NCBI GenBank assembly: GCA_043228905.1
Contig: JBHGNT010000004.1
Coordinates: forward strand, 23,808,001 to 23,872,000
DNA from: Azolla caroliniana
Lineage: Eukaryota; Plantae; Polypodiophyta
Reading direction: 5' to 3'
DNA: 64,000 nucleotides
Each line of letters begins with the position of its first letter. The first letter of the stretch is position 1. The position numbers and the translations under genes were made by a program. Shown here piece after piece: positions 61,455-64,000 of the stretch. The notes below the pieces were generated by a model. That model saw only the letters and a list, made by a program, of their open reading frames with translations, was not told the origin of the DNA and made no database searches.

Positions 61455-61762
61455 TATATATATATATATATATATATTCTGAAATACAATTATACGTTTA
61501 GTCTCATTCTTTTTCTTTTCTTTTCTTTACTGACACACGTGTCATTAAGCTATGGTATAGAAACTTGTAATCATGAGCTTAACTAAAGCAAAGAATTAGG
61601 AACTATGCCTTCATAACAAAGATCCTAACAACCCCTTCATATGTGAATATACTAAGATTTGTATTAGAAAGCATATAGAAAAAAATGCCCACCATGGATT
61701 GAATGGCAAGATAACCAAATCCTCTTCAGAATGCTATGCATTATTCAGTTACTAATGCCAAC

Positions 61763-63916
61763 TTATGGATCTACTCTCAGTATATTGTTATCAAGGGTGT
61801 CCCGCATCACAATTTCTCTTCTCTCATCTATTTGCCAGATTCCATCTACTATGAACTTGATCTGCAAAATCACATGAAGAAGACATTGTCAGGCTAAGAA
61901 TGCGAAAATGATTTGTCTAGATCGTTAAACACAAAACAAGAAAGATTCCATCAATAAGACTATCTCACCTCATAAACACCGGGATATAACCATAATTCTG
62001 TCTCCCACATCAGTGGTCCTCTGGCATTGGGAATAACAAATCTTATCAATAAATCATTGGAAAATTATGAGGTGAAAATGCAAAAACGTGTAATGTAAAA
62101 CTGGTAGAAAACTCGCCTACTATCTTTCCTTTAAAAATTATGAGGTAGTCAGACAGTCCGAAACTCAATAGCTGCAACTATTATAGCCTTGCAAAACAAT
62201 ATTGTGTATATGTGTATGGATGTGCATGTGTAGACTACTATCTCTCCTTTGAAATCTAAATGAGACAGTAACTTAACGAAGACAGGTTGCAACTAAACCT
62301 GTACAACCAGTTTGTGGGGCCTACCTTGACCCATCGGGTTTGCTAATTTCAGATGTTAGATCTGGTTTCATAACAACAAAGTGTTTCCATCCATTGAAAC
62401 TGCCTGCAAGTTCAACAACTGAACCCTCGCCCCAGTACTCTACTTGCACCTGATAAGAGACATCAAAAGGAGAACACCAAAATGTCACCAATCTATCAGA
62501 CATCATCACAGGTTTTTTGCACCGTTTTCTGCTGTCATGGTTTCGTAAAAAGTGACCCTTATGTTACAACTATGTCAAAGATAAAGGCAAGATTCAGACT
62601 TGTTTCAAGCTTGCTAGTGCTCGATCTGCTGACCTCAATCGAATATCCTTCTCCAAAACAACTTGCTGTGCTTGTGCCACCTCTACTGCAGCCTTTGCTT
62701 GAACCAGAGCTAACTGGGCCTGAAAATAAGTAGTACATTATTAAGCAGATTACTAATAGAGGGTTATCAACATAGCAATTGTCAATGTTCATGCAAGTTA
62801 AGGACAAATTGTTTCAACCAGGTGGATCAATCTAGCAATCATAGCAACCACATATCAGATCTTGCCCAATGTCTAGCAGACACTCAAAGGATGTTGGATT
62901 CTTGCCAGTTCTCAATTGGTTGCAAAGAAATATAGGGTACGTGAAAAATCCAAAACTTGGACATAGAAATAAGAGTTTTAGGTTTTCAACAAGAAGTATA
63001 TATCTCTTGTAGGCATGCTTCTGGATCCATACACACAGAACTGAATGCTCAATCAGTTGAAACCAGTCGATGAATTCTTCTATTTTCAAATTCTATTTAA
63101 TAATAGTAAAAATACACACTTATTGACATGTGCTATGTTAATCCTTGTGGTAACTGTGTTCTTCTACTTTCAGAAGAATTATGACAAGAGCTTGATTGCA
63201 ATGCTTCACACATGATATCTCATTGTGAAAAACTAGAACACAAAGATGTGACTTGACCAGATTATAATACATGAATATTGTTGTTTCACAGAGTGTTGCA
63301 CCATTAAGAGCTGATTCACAAAATTATTTATTTATACGTTATAAAACTTCTTTTATATAAAGAAAATCACACAGATTTTGTCATTCTAAGCTGATGGCTA
63401 GAAGGCAGAAAACGAAACACAAAAATCTATGCAATATTTAATTTTCTTTGACGGAAGTGGAAGTTAACAACATAGAATGCATGTTTCCCTTACCTTTGCT
63501 TCCTCTAGCTCTCTTGACATTTCAGCCAGTTCCCGCTCTTTGTCTCTCTGAGTAATTGAAAATACCATTAAGAAAATTTGGTTACTTGGTAGCATGAAAA
63601 TGTGTGTCTACAAATACATACCAGATCAGATTTGATTCTCTGCAGTTCTATTTCAATTTCCAGCCTAGAAAACGGAGCTCCCACATTTGTCTTTGAGAGA
63701 AAATTGAAAAATTAGATTCTTCAGACCAAAAAACTATCTTGGTAATCAACAATGCCACAAATCCAGAAGCATTGCCTTCAGAAAAATCATGAAGTATGGC
63801 TTACTTCATGATAAAATATGATTGATAGGATCCTTACCATATGTAGATCTTGTGATCTGGTTTGTTCTTTCACAAGCTCATTAGATTGATAATTGGAGTT
63901 TTTACTTGCACTCATC
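61763..63916 (-). CDS. PTST2/PTST3(FLO6)-like starch-targeting protein, coiled coil plus CBM48 (3' exons only; gene continues past the window end)
   Basis: Exons 63916-63838, 63690-63622, 63547-63494, 62719-62600, 62449-62325, 62020-61969 and 61861-61763. Motifs [31 protein letters not shown] and NNILRV follow a coiled coil (AQQVVLEKDIRLRSADRAL). Confidence 0.85.
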
Positions 63917-64000
63917 CTGAGACAAGAATATTATGCTTCATTCAACATCATCAGATGCATTTGCTATTCCAAAATGTATGGTATGTCTGCACTTTAGAAC

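Overview
Eukaryotic land-plant nuclear DNA; the gene and TE families suggest a seed-free plant such as a fern, but that is inference. The first ~22.3 kb is a nested LTR-retrotransposon stack. It contains a tRNA-Trp-primed Gypsy gag-protease, a young full-ORF Ty1/copia lacking a PBS inside a solo LTR, two Tcn1/sushi-like chromoviruses, further copia remnants and a split minisatellite. The remainder holds four host genes: an intronless LISCL-type GRAS factor (+), a 7-exon inositol polyphosphate 5-phosphatase (-), a 13-exon TKI1-like SANT protein (+) and the 3' part of a PTST2/3-like CBM48 gene (-). It also holds a truncated LINE, a MULE derivative and many two-copy tandem duplications. The strongest signal is in the two chromoviruses. 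Despite divergent sequences, both show Tf1-type self-priming complementarity instead of a tRNA PBS, a covarying -1 frameshift pseudoknot, perfect heat-shock elements and an outward-facing tRNA-like A/B-box module. A TGTCRTGAAG-ended LTR family also appears to insert at 4-bp CpG-centred sites. All coordinates were read by eye and may be off by a few bases.
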